DNA of 58,388 bases from Ardenticatenales bacterium. Lineage in GTDB: Bacteria; Chloroflexota; Anaerolineae; Promineifilales; UBA4811. The stretch covers positions 1-58,388 of the forward strand of contig JAUVHW010000001.1 of NCBI GenBank assembly GCA_030593075.1. Reading direction: 5' to 3'. Below are positions 30,218 to 38,669 of the stretch, piece after piece; position 1 is the first letter of the stretch, and every line of letters begins with the position of its first letter. The notes below the pieces were generated by a model. The model ran no database searches, was not told the origin of the DNA, and saw nothing but the letters and a program-made list of their open reading frames with translations. The position numbers were made by a program, and so were the translations under genes.

Positions 30218-30246
30218 TTTACCTGGGCGTGTAAAGCAAGTATAAT
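30218..30246 (+). promoter_or_regulatory. divergent sigma70-type promoter for 30295..32022
   Basis: TTTACC (30218-30223), 17-nt spacer, TATAAT (30241-30246), about 50 nt upstream of the ATG at 30295. Confidence 0.45.
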
Positions 30247-30294
30247 CAGAGTGACGTTGATCATTGTCGGGGCAGTAGTCCTTGCCGTCTAGTC

Positions 30295-32022
30295 ATGCGT
30301 GATCTTCGGCTTTCACTGCAGGAGCACGACGCCGCTCTCATGCGGGTTGTCGCGCAGAGCTGGGGCGTTGACCTCACCGGCTTATCCCAGCAAGAGGCGG
30401 CCGAGGAGCTCTCAGCTGCGATGCTGGGGGCTGATCTGCCGTCCGAGGTGGGCGAACTGCCTGCCGCTGAGAGGGCCGCCGTGCAGGCACTGCTGGCCGG
30501 AGGTGGCCGGATGCTGGCAGACCCTTTCTTCCGCCAGTTCGGCTCAATACGTCCGGTCGGCCCCGGCCGCCTCACCCGCGAGCGCCCTTGGGCCGAGCCC
30601 GAGAGTCCCGCCGAGGCGCTCTGGTACCGGGGGCTTCTCTTTCGCGGCTTTGAGCGAACAGAACTCGGCAGCCAGGAGTTTGTGTACCTGCCGGATGATG
30701 TTCGCAGAGTCCTCCCGGCGCTCACTGCGGCCTTGGCACGCCCACAAATAGCGCCGTCGCAGGAAAGGGTCACACGCTGGCCGCCAGCCGCCAACCTGGT
30801 AGATGACTTCTGCACTGTGCTCGCATACGCGCAACGGAACCTCATCCCGGTCCATCCTCAGCCTGCGGCGCCTGAGGATGCGCTGCTCGCCTACCTGCGT
30901 TGCAAGGAGCGTACCCGGCTGCAGATGGTGTGGACCCTGGCACTGGAGACCGGCCTACTTGATGCTAGCGGGAGCGCAGTCCGGCCGCACCCACGTGCGG
31001 CCCGCCAGTGGCTGCAGGCGCCTTACCCTGAGCAAGCGGCAGCGCTGGCCCAGTCCTGGCTGGATAGCGCCGCCTACAACGATCTGTGGAACGTGCCCAG
31101 CCTCAGACCCGAACCCACCGGCTGGCAGAACGATCCAAGACCGCCGCGTCAACTCATGTTGGATATCCTGGGCGACCTGGATCCTAACACCTGGTGGCAG
31201 CTGGACAGCCTGCCGGCTGGGGTCAAGGCTGCCATCCCGGACTTTCAGCGCACGTCGGGCAAGTATGACGCCTGGTATCTTCGGGACGCAGTCACCAACG
31301 AGTACCTGCTGGGCTTTGAGCACTGGGACCGCGTGGAGGGTGCGCTGCTCCGTTTTCTGGTAGTTGGCCCACTGCACTGGTTGGGCCTGGTGGAACTGGG
31401 GGAAGATGCGAACAGCGAGGTTGTAGCCTTCTGCCCCACGGCGGCCGGGCGTGCTTTTGCCCAGGTCAAATCGTTCCCCTACCCACCTGGGCCGACCGAG
31501 GCCCGCATCCGAGTCAACGCTGACGCCACCATCTCTGTTCCGGTTGCTACGGACCGGTTCACGCGCTTCCAGGTGGCCCGGCTGACCGATTGGGAACCCG
31601 TGGCCCCGGGGGAGACCGTCTACTGGTACCGGCTAACGCCGCGCTCCCTCACCCGCGCTGGGGAAGCTGGCATCGCTCTACCCAGGGCGCTTGCCTTTCT
31701 GGCCAGCAGGAGCGGGCAGCCGCTGCCCGAGCCGGTCAAGAAGGCGGTGGAGTCATGGGAGGAAAAGGGGGTTCAGGTCCGACTGCGCCACGAGATGCTG
31801 CTCCATGTGCGGGACGCCGGGCTCCTGGATGAACTTCGTGCTGCTCCGAGGGTGCAGCCGCTGCTGGGGGAGGCCATCGGCCCGCTCGTCGTCACGGTGC
31901 GAACGGCCGACTGGCGGCGCCTGGTCAGTGCCATCGCCGAAATGGGGCTACTGAGTGATGTGGAGCTGGGAGCCTCGCTGGGCTCCCCGCGCGATGAGGC
32001 GACGACTGAGCATGCTTCCTAG
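30295..32022 (+). CDS. hypothetical protein with an XPB/Ssl2 N-terminal-like (helicase-associated) C-terminal region; no helicase core
   Basis: YWYRLTPRSLTRAGEAGIALPRALAFLASRSGQPLPEPVKKAVESWEEKGVQVRL...LLHVRDAGLLDEL resembles the DNA-damage-recognition and wing region found N-terminal to XPB-type helicases. The assignment is tentative. Confidence 0.6.
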   Translation: MRDLRLSLQEHDAALMRVVAQSWGVDLTGLSQQEAAEELSAAMLGADLPSEVGELPAAERAAVQALLAGGGRMLADPFFRQFGSIRPVGPGRLTRERPWAEPESPAEALWYRGLLFRGFERTELGSQEFVYLPDDVRRVLPALTAALARPQIAPSQERVTRWPPAANLVDDFCTVLAYAQRNLIPVHPQPAAPEDALLAYLRCKERTRLQMVWTLALETGLLDASGSAVRPHPRAARQWLQAPYPEQAAALAQSWLDSAAYNDLWNVPSLRPEPTGWQNDPRPPRQLMLDILGDLDPNTWWQLDSLPAGVKAAIPDFQRTSGKYDAWYLRDAVTNEYLLGFEHWDRVEGALLRFLVVGPLHWLGLVELGEDANSEVVAFCPTAAGRAFAQVKSFPYPPGPTEARIRVNADATISVPVATDRFTRFQVARLTDWEPVAPGETVYWYRLTPRSLTRAGEAGIALPRALAFLASRSGQPLPEPVKKAVESWEEKGVQVRLRHEMLLHVRDAGLLDELRAAPRVQPLLGEAIGPLVVTVRTADWRRLVSAIAEMGLLSDVELGASLGSPRDEATTEHAS

Positions 32023-32619
32023 CACGGCCAGTGCGTCAGTCGGCAGGTAGTGACCGGCCGACGAATCGAACAAGACGCGGGCAGACGGCGGAAGATCCTC
32101 GTCGCCCAGCCAATAGGCCGCCAGCACTGGAATACGGGGCAGTGCCCGAAACGAAAAGGCCGCATCGCCCAGGTCCCCCGGACGCCCGCCTAGGTTGATT
32201 GCGGCGCGTTCGAACGCGCAGAGATCGTTCCCGAATTCTCTGGTGATCTGTCGGCCGGTGTAGCCCTGGAATGCTCGGTGGTAAAAGCCGCCGCCCGGTA
32301 GTTCACGGAACGAAATCCACCGGCCGCCAACGGGGGCGCCGTCGCTGGTTCTCAAGTAGTAGAGAAGTAGTGCCTGGGTGTGGAGTGATGCCGCTGCTCC
32401 AGTCTCTGCGTCCAGTACGGTCAGCTGCGGCGTTCTCACAACATAGCGCTCGCTCAGCAGTGCCAGGCGCAGCTCGCCGCCCCGCTTGCCCACCGGCTTG
32501 TAGACGGCACCGGTGCGAGCGGCGAGAACGGCCGGATCTGCGCTGCGAAGCTCGGTGCGCAGTTCTTCGCCCCGCCGTTCCAGGGCATCTGTGTTCTGGT
32601 AGCTGTGCAGGTTGGCCAC
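31948..32619 (-). CDS. DUF3786-like protein
   Basis: RWISFRELPGGGFYHRAFQGYTGRQITREFG...RIPVLAAYWLGDEDLPPSARVLFDSS matches my recollection of the DUF3786 signature. The family call is not verified by any search. Confidence 0.6.
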   Translation of the reverse strand: MANLHSYQNTDALERRGEELRTELRSADPAVLAARTGAVYKPVGKRGGELRLALLSERYVVRTPQLTVLDAETGAAASLHTQALLLYYLRTSDGAPVGGRWISFRELPGGGFYHRAFQGYTGRQITREFGNDLCAFERAAINLGGRPGDLGDAAFSFRALPRIPVLAAYWLGDEDLPPSARVLFDSSAGHYLPTDALAVLGSMLSRRLIARGAQRGSQLHITQ

Positions 32620-32912
32620 CCTAGGGAACCTGGCGCATCACCCACGCTGGTCTGTCAGGCAGAGAGCATCGTACCCAGGATGGCGATTCTACCCGGACGG
32701 GCACGCGAGGCAACCCCTGCTTGGGGGGCACGCCGTGTGGCGCGCTGCCGTCCCCAACTGCCATCAGCTGCGAGAGGGGCAAGCCGACTCCGGCCGATGG
32801 CGTCAGGCGTAACACCGCGCCAGCAGGGCGATGGTGGCGGCAAGCACTGCGACCGGGCTGAGCTGTGCCGGGCGACGCCGGTGCCTGGATGTAGCGCGTT
32901 GCCTTTGGTGGC

Positions 32913-32940
32913 TTGAGGCCGGGGAGAAATCGGATATACT
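32913..32940 (+). promoter_or_regulatory. possible promoter for 33055..34200
   Basis: TTGAGG (32913-32918), 16-nt spacer, TATACT (32935-32940). Confidence 0.3.
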
Positions 32941-33054
32941 GCCAGCCGTGAGACCTTCCTTGCAGCTGGGTAGCTGGGAGCAGGTCGGGCGCGCGGCCCG
33001 GCCGGGGCGGGGCTCTCTGCGCGGCACATCGCGGTATCGGCCGGCGTCAGTACG

Positions 33055-34200
33055 GTGATTCAGGTTGAGCAGCAGCCACGAGCCTTCAGAGCTGTCCCGG
33101 CAGGCAGGTTTGCTCTGGTGTGGTGGGGTGTTCTGCTGCTGGTAGCGTGCAAGCCGTCCCCGACCCTGGCCCCCCTTGCGTCGGTGCCCACTGCCGCTCC
33201 GGCGGCCTCAACGGCGCCGCTGGTTCTGTCCCGCAGTCCGACTGAGGCGCCTTCCGCGACCCCTACGCCGACGGATACGCCAACCTCAACGGTCACGCCG
33301 ACAGAGACTGCCACCGCCACGCCGTCCCCGACACCTACTCCGACGGATACACCGACCGTCGAACCGAGCATCACGCCATCAACCGACTCGCTCAGCCTCC
33401 CTGCTCTGGTGCTGGTGCCGAGTCAGCCGATACCCTACCTGGAGACGTTCCGGCTGGTCACGTACTATGGCAGCCCCGACGGAGGCGGCTTGGGTATCCT
33501 GGATGCCAACCCGCGGGAGGTAATGGCGCGCGACGTGCGACGAATGGCCTACCGGTATCAGGTGCGGTCGCCGGACCGGTTTGCGGTACCGGCCTTCCAC
33601 ATAGTCACCACGGTCGCTGACTCACAACCAGGGTCGGATGGCAACTACTCCCACCAGGTGGAGATGGAGATAGTCGAGGACTGGGTTTCGGCGGCCAACG
33701 AGACCGGCACCGCTGTCATCATTGACATACAACCGGCACGAGCGGACATCCAGGAAGAGTACGATCGGGTCAAGCACCTGCTGCGTCATCCACACGTCCA
33801 CCTGGCGCTGGATTCAGAGTACGTAATGACCGACGAACAGGTCCCGGGCCAGCACCTAGGGCAGATTCACGCCGACCAGATCAACGCCCTCCAGGCACAA
33901 TTGAACGAGATTGCGCTGGAGATCGGCATCAACCGGGTGCTAATTGTTCATCAGTTCGAAGACGAGATGGTGGTGGAAAAGGAGAAGCTGATCGACTATC
34001 CTTACGTGGAACTGGTGATCGACGCCGATGGGGTGAGCAGCGGGCTCATCAAGCTGATGGACTACTTTCAGTACGCGGAGGAGCCTGGATTCGAGTATGG
34101 GGGGATCAAGATATTCTTCAAGTACGACGACGAGCCCTTGCTGGCCCCCGAGGAGCTGATGCAGCTGGACCCTCCCCCGGCCCTGGTCGTCTACCAGTAA
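33055..34200 (+). CDS. predicted lipoprotein with a Thr/Pro-rich linker and an uncharacterised ~270-aa domain
   Basis: Signal with lipobox (FALVWWGVLLLVAC), then PTEAPSATPTPTDTPTSTVTPTETATATPSPTPTPTDTPT, then a globular domain (..VTYYGSP..GILD.., IIDIQPA, HLALDSEY). Confidence 0.75.
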   Translation: MIQVEQQPRAFRAVPAGRFALVWWGVLLLVACKPSPTLAPLASVPTAAPAASTAPLVLSRSPTEAPSATPTPTDTPTSTVTPTETATATPSPTPTPTDTPTVEPSITPSTDSLSLPALVLVPSQPIPYLETFRLVTYYGSPDGGGLGILDANPREVMARDVRRMAYRYQVRSPDRFAVPAFHIVTTVADSQPGSDGNYSHQVEMEIVEDWVSAANETGTAVIIDIQPARADIQEEYDRVKHLLRHPHVHLALDSEYVMTDEQVPGQHLGQIHADQINALQAQLNEIALEIGINRVLIVHQFEDEMVVEKEKLIDYPYVELVIDADGVSSGLIKLMDYFQYAEEPGFEYGGIKIFFKYDDEPLLAPEELMQLDPPPALVVYQ

Positions 34201-34435
34201 CCCCTCTTGGCCGGCCAACGGTGCAGTTGATGCTGCAGTAGTGGGGGCCTGCTGCCTTGCGGCGACCGGTCAGCCCCATACGGCGCTGGGGTCAGAAGCC
34301 CCGAGTCGCCAGTATCATCTGAGCACAGCCCACGAGTGTCTGTGGCCCGGCTTCTGCAAGGCCTGGCCGGTCCACCGCGGCCGCATTTGGGTGGCTACCA
34401 GAGCGTCGGTTCCCCACCAGGAGCCGGCCGGGCTT

Positions 34436-35842
34436 CTAGAAATGCGCCGAGGGTTCCATCAGGGGCAGCGCCTTGCCGGGGTTGAGGATGCCCTTCGGGT
34501 CCAGCGCTTGCTTGATGGCCTGCTGGATCTCTATTGACACCCGGCCGACGTCGCTCTCCAGGTAGGGCAGCTTGAGGGTTCCGACGCCGTGCTCGCCAGA
34601 TAGGGTGCCGCCCAGTTCCACTGCGGTAGCAAAGATCTCCCCCACGATTCGTTGGACCTTCTCCCACTGCTCCGGGTCGCGCTTGTCAAAGAGAATGTTG
34701 GGGTGCAGGTTGCCGTCGCCGGCGTGCCCAAATACGACGATTGGGAGCCCGTACCGCTGGGAGATCTCCTTAATGCGGCGGACCGCTTCCGGAATCTGGC
34801 TCCTCGGCACCGAGATATCCTCGCCGAGCTTGTTGGGCGCTCGGCGCGCCAGCGATGGCGAGACACTACGGCGAGCGCGCCACAGCTTGTCCCTCCCTGC
34901 TTCGTCCCGCGCCACCTGCACGTCCGAGGCGCCGCTGTCCCGGCAGATGCGGGCAATGGCCTTGATCTCGTGCTTGACTCCCTCTTCATCAAAGCCATCC
35001 GATTCAATGATGAGGATGGCCTCTTTGTCCAGCGGCAAGCCCAGGTGCATCGCCTCTTCAATGCAGACGATGGCGGTCTCGTCCATCAGCTCCAGTGTGG
35101 CGGGCACGATGCCGGTGAACAGGATAGAATTGACCGCCCGGCTGGCGTCACCCAGCCGGTCAAAGGCCGCCACGGCCGTGCGCACGAATCGTGGCTTGGA
35201 TATGAGCCTAAGGACTGCCTCTGTGATTATGCCCAATGTCCCCTCAGAGCCAGTAAACAGCTCCGAGAAGCTGTAGCCGGTCACGTTCTTGATGGTCTTG
35301 CCGCCGCTGCTAAACACCCGCCCGTCTGCCAGCACGACGGTGACTCCCATCACATAGTTGCCGGTGACGCCGTACTTGAGGCAGCGCGGCCCTCCCGCGT
35401 TGCACGCGATGTTACCGCCGATAGTGGAGTGCTTGATGCTCGCCGGGTCAGGCGGGTAAAAGAGCCCGTGCTCCTCCACCGCGTTCTGCAGGTCAACAGT
35501 GATAACCCCGGCTTCGACGGTAGCAGTCATGTTTTCCCGGTCGATCTCCAGGATCTGGTTCATGCGCGTGAGGGGGACCACTATGCCGCCGCCAAAGGGA
35601 ACCGTGCCGGCCGCCAACCCCGACCCCATTCCGCGGGCGATGACGGGAATCTCGTGAGCATAGGCCAGTTGCAGGATGGCGCTTACCTCCTCGGTTGAGC
35701 GCGGCTCTACCACCAGGTCTGGCATGAACTCGGCAAAAGTGCCATCGAAGGAGTAGCACAGGAGATCCTCCTGCGACGTGAGGACGTGCTTTCTTCCGAC
35801 GATGGCCTGGAGTGATTTGACGATTTGGGGGTCGATGGTCAT
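34436..35842 (-). CDS. glcD: FAD-linked oxidase, GlcD/D-lactate dehydrogenase family
   Basis: FAD-binding PCMH-type N-terminus (PDLVVEPRSTEEVSAILQLAYAHEIPVIARGMGSGLAGG) and the C-terminal GTLSGEHGVG motif. Confidence 0.9.
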   Translation of the reverse strand: MTIDPQIVKSLQAIVGRKHVLTSQEDLLCYSFDGTFAEFMPDLVVEPRSTEEVSAILQLAYAHEIPVIARGMGSGLAAGTVPFGGGIVVPLTRMNQILEIDRENMTATVEAGVITVDLQNAVEEHGLFYPPDPASIKHSTIGGNIACNAGGPRCLKYGVTGNYVMGVTVVLADGRVFSSGGKTIKNVTGYSFSELFTGSEGTLGIITEAVLRLISKPRFVRTAVAAFDRLGDASRAVNSILFTGIVPATLELMDETAIVCIEEAMHLGLPLDKEAILIIESDGFDEEGVKHEIKAIARICRDSGASDVQVARDEAGRDKLWRARRSVSPSLARRAPNKLGEDISVPRSQIPEAVRRIKEISQRYGLPIVVFGHAGDGNLHPNILFDKRDPEQWEKVQRIVGEIFATAVELGGTLSGEHGVGTLKLPYLESDVGRVSIEIQQAIKQALDPKGILNPGKALPLMEPSAHF

Positions 35843-35909
35843 GGACGCATCTCCATCCGGCTCAGACGTGCTGTGGCAAGACCTTCAGCTGCGGCTACTT
35901 CAGCTGCGG

Positions 35910-37202
35910 CTATCCGCTGTCCCGATATGCTCGGTCCAGCAGTTGCACCGGGTGAACCACCCTGGCTCTGAGGCCCGTCCGTTTGCAGCCAACGGTGAGC
36001 TGCATCTGGCAGCCAGGGCAGCCGCTGGCGATATAGTCGGGCTGAGTAGCCGCCGCATTGGCCATCTTTTTGTCCAGCACCGCCATGGAGGTCTCATAGT
36101 GGGTGATTATCTGGGTGCCGGCCGAACCGCAACACCAATCGGCCTCTTGCATCTCCACGAACTCCAGCCCGTCAATCATGCGCAGTAGTTCGCGGGGCTG
36201 AGAGCTGACCTCCTGCGCCCGGACCAGGTGGCACGGGTCGTGATAGGTGACTCGGGCCTCCACGCGCCCGCTGGGCTTGGTCAGCTCAATCGAGGCCAGG
36301 TATTCGCTCACGTCCCGCACCCTGCTGGAAAAGTCGGCCGCTCGCTCCGCCCACTGCTGATCGCCGGACAAGTAGTGACCGTACTCCTTGAGGGTTGATC
36401 CGCACGTCGCGCAGTCGGTCACAATGACGTCGGCGTCCAACTTCTCAAAGAGCTCAATGTTGTACCTGGCAAAGGCACGCAGCGCGTCCCAGTCGCCGTA
36501 GCCAATAGCTGGCATGCCGCAACACTGGACCGCCCTGGGTGTGACCACCTGGTTGCCGTTGCGGGCCAGCACCCGTACCGACGCCTGACTCCCTTCGCTC
36601 AGTAGCAGGTTCTGGGCACAGCCCAGGAAAAAGCCCACCCTGGCGCGCTGCACGCCCATCGGCTCGGTCACCGCCGGTATCTGGCTGCGAGCGGTCTTGG
36701 CCGGGATCCTGGGCAATTGGCGCTCCATGTCCCGCAGCTGCCTGGGGAGTAGACTGGTCAAGCGTAGCGCGTTTGCGACGGCCCGAAAGCCCAGCAGTTG
36801 GTACATGCGCAGCGGAATGGTGCCTGCCTCCATCAGACCTGGGCTCGCGAGCACCTTGTGGAAGACCAGCTCTTTCCACTTGGCTGGCTCCGCCTGCTGC
36901 GCCAGCCAGCGGAGTTGAAGGGCAATGTCGGCCGGCTCGTTGCCGACTGGGCAGGCCACGTTGCAGGCGCCGCAGGCCAGACAGCGGTACATCTGCTCGG
37001 TGAGGTTGGCGCCCAGTGGCACGTGGCCTTCCAACAGCTTGCGGGCCAGAAAGATTCGGCCGCGGGGGCTGTCGGTCTCGCGCCGGCTCTCACGGTACGT
37101 GGGGCAGGTGTATAGGCAGGCCCCACAGCGTATGCAGTAGAGGTATTCGTCCTCGGCGGGCACCTCCAGGTTGGGGAAAGGCTTGGCTGGCTCCAGGGTC
37201 AC
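35910..37202 (-). CDS. glcF: Fe-S subunit, GlcF/heterodisulfide-reductase-like (2x[4Fe-4S] plus two CCG domains)
   Basis: CIRCGACLYTCPTY and CLACGACNVACPVG ferredoxin motifs, then CCG-type cysteine motifs (..QCCGMP.., ..WCCGSAG..). Confidence 0.85.
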   Translation of the reverse strand: MTLEPAKPFPNLEVPAEDEYLYCIRCGACLYTCPTYRESRRETDSPRGRIFLARKLLEGHVPLGANLTEQMYRCLACGACNVACPVGNEPADIALQLRWLAQQAEPAKWKELVFHKVLASPGLMEAGTIPLRMYQLLGFRAVANALRLTSLLPRQLRDMERQLPRIPAKTARSQIPAVTEPMGVQRARVGFFLGCAQNLLLSEGSQASVRVLARNGNQVVTPRAVQCCGMPAIGYGDWDALRAFARYNIELFEKLDADVIVTDCATCGSTLKEYGHYLSGDQQWAERAADFSSRVRDVSEYLASIELTKPSGRVEARVTYHDPCHLVRAQEVSSQPRELLRMIDGLEFVEMQEADWCCGSAGTQIITHYETSMAVLDKKMANAAATQPDYIASGCPGCQMQLTVGCKRTGLRARVVHPVQLLDRAYRDSG

Positions 37203-37253
37203 GGCTAGGGGTTCCTCTGTAGTGGGTGAACTGGAGTCGCGGGCGTGTGGGGT

Positions 37254-38567
37254 CTATTGCTGTACAATCGGCAATGTCAGTAGCGCGTGTGGTACGATCA
37301 GGACCTCCAGGTTGGCGGAGGTCTGGGTCGCAGGGCCGTTGGTCCCCAGGAGATCGCACGCAATGCGAAAGGCCTGGTCCATGTTGTCGGCCGGGACCAT
37401 GTGTACCTGGCGTACCAGATCAGGCGTTTCGGACCCAACCACAATGACGTGGGTCTTTTCCAGCACTTTCGCCATTACAAAGGCGCGCTGGGCGCCAGGT
37501 GGGTAGCCGGTGCGGCGCAACTCAGCTAGCAGGGAGGGCATGTCGGCCGCCCCCCTCATTCTCTCCAGGAAGCGCTGCTCGCCCACTCCGTCGCCGGCTC
37601 CCTCCGGTGTAGGCGCGGGCAAGACAAAGACGCCCCCCTCTCTGACTACCGGGGTGGGTCCGAAGAATAGATAACTGGCTGCCCGGCTCGCCTGATAGAG
37701 GTTCTGGTCCTTGGGATAACCGATTCCGGCTACCGCGATGTCGTACTGGTGGGGGATGGGGACCTCGTACAGTTGCTTGGCTGCCCTCACCAGCTGATCA
37801 AAGGTCGCTTCCGGCTCCCCAGCCAGCACACGGACTGGTTGCTTGTGGTCGTTCTGCACCACGTTGAGGATGAACCGCAGACCAGCCCGCCGGGCCGCCT
37901 CGGTGATCGCCTCGTGGAAAGGATTACCCTTGATCCTACCGAGTCGAGTGCCGGGATGGTCAATCATCTGGGGGCCGTGGGTGTAGGCGATCATTGCCTC
38001 GCCAGCTGCCCCGACAGCGAGCGTCTTGCGCGCCCCGGAATAGCCGGCGTACTGGTGTGGCTCAACGATGCCGGTCGCGAGGAGCAGGTCGGCGCCATAT
38101 GCGGCCTTGTGTACGGAGAGAGGGATTCCGCTCTCGGTGGTTCCCAGGTCCGCCAGCGCGGCTGGGTTCTGCGGCTCGTTGTCCACCACTCGGTAGCGTT
38201 CCACGACCTCTCGCCCCAGCTTGGCAACCTTTTCCTCCGGCGTGCTCGGCCGGTGCATGCCTATGCCGCAGAGCAAGGTCACGTCCTCGTCGCGTACGCC
38301 GGCCGCCTCTAGCTCTGAGAGCAGCGCCGGCACCAGCAGATGATCGGGGCTGGCACGGGTGACGTCGGTGAAGACGATGCACGCTGTGTCTCCCCGCCCG
38401 GCGAGTTCCCTCAGGCGTGGCGAGTTGATGGGCTCGGCGAGCGCGTGGGCAATGGCGGCCGGTACGTCCCCAACGGGCGGAATTGGCTGCGAGACTGCAA
38501 CCGTGCCCGTCATGCCGGCCGGGAGTTCGAATGAAAGCTCGCCTCTGTCAAAGGGAACGGTGAACAT
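37254..38567 (-). CDS. larA: LarA-like nickel-pincer-dependent 2-hydroxyacid racemase/epimerase family protein (DUF2088)
   Basis: N-terminal layout typical of LarA (F.LP.....V......P.V.D...A...AL..PI.SP.L.EL......ACIVF.D.TR), at about 430 aa. Confidence 0.8.
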   Translation of the reverse strand: MFTVPFDRGELSFELPAGMTGTVAVSQPIPPVGDVPAAIAHALAEPINSPRLRELAGRGDTACIVFTDVTRASPDHLLVPALLSELEAAGVRDEDVTLLCGIGMHRPSTPEEKVAKLGREVVERYRVVDNEPQNPAALADLGTTESGIPLSVHKAAYGADLLLATGIVEPHQYAGYSGARKTLAVGAAGEAMIAYTHGPQMIDHPGTRLGRIKGNPFHEAITEAARRAGLRFILNVVQNDHKQPVRVLAGEPEATFDQLVRAAKQLYEVPIPHQYDIAVAGIGYPKDQNLYQASRAASYLFFGPTPVVREGGVFVLPAPTPEGAGDGVGEQRFLERMRGAADMPSLLAELRRTGYPPGAQRAFVMAKVLEKTHVIVVGSETPDLVRQVHMVPADNMDQAFRIACDLLGTNGPATQTSANLEVLIVPHALLTLPIVQQ

Positions 38568-38669
38568 CAGGGTCGCTAATCAGCGAGTCGCAGACCGGCG
38601 CGCTCTGAACCGCAGACCAGCAGCGGTATGACCCCGCACAGCACGTGGCTTGCTGATCTGCTGGCGTAC

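Noticed and set aside
32620-33054. Several 60-125-aa ORFs on both strands in the gap before the lipoprotein gene.
   Set aside because: All are Arg/Pro/Gly/Ala-rich, mutually overlapping and without motifs, which is typical of random ORFs in GC-rich DNA. The region more likely holds the promoter and leader of 33055..34200.
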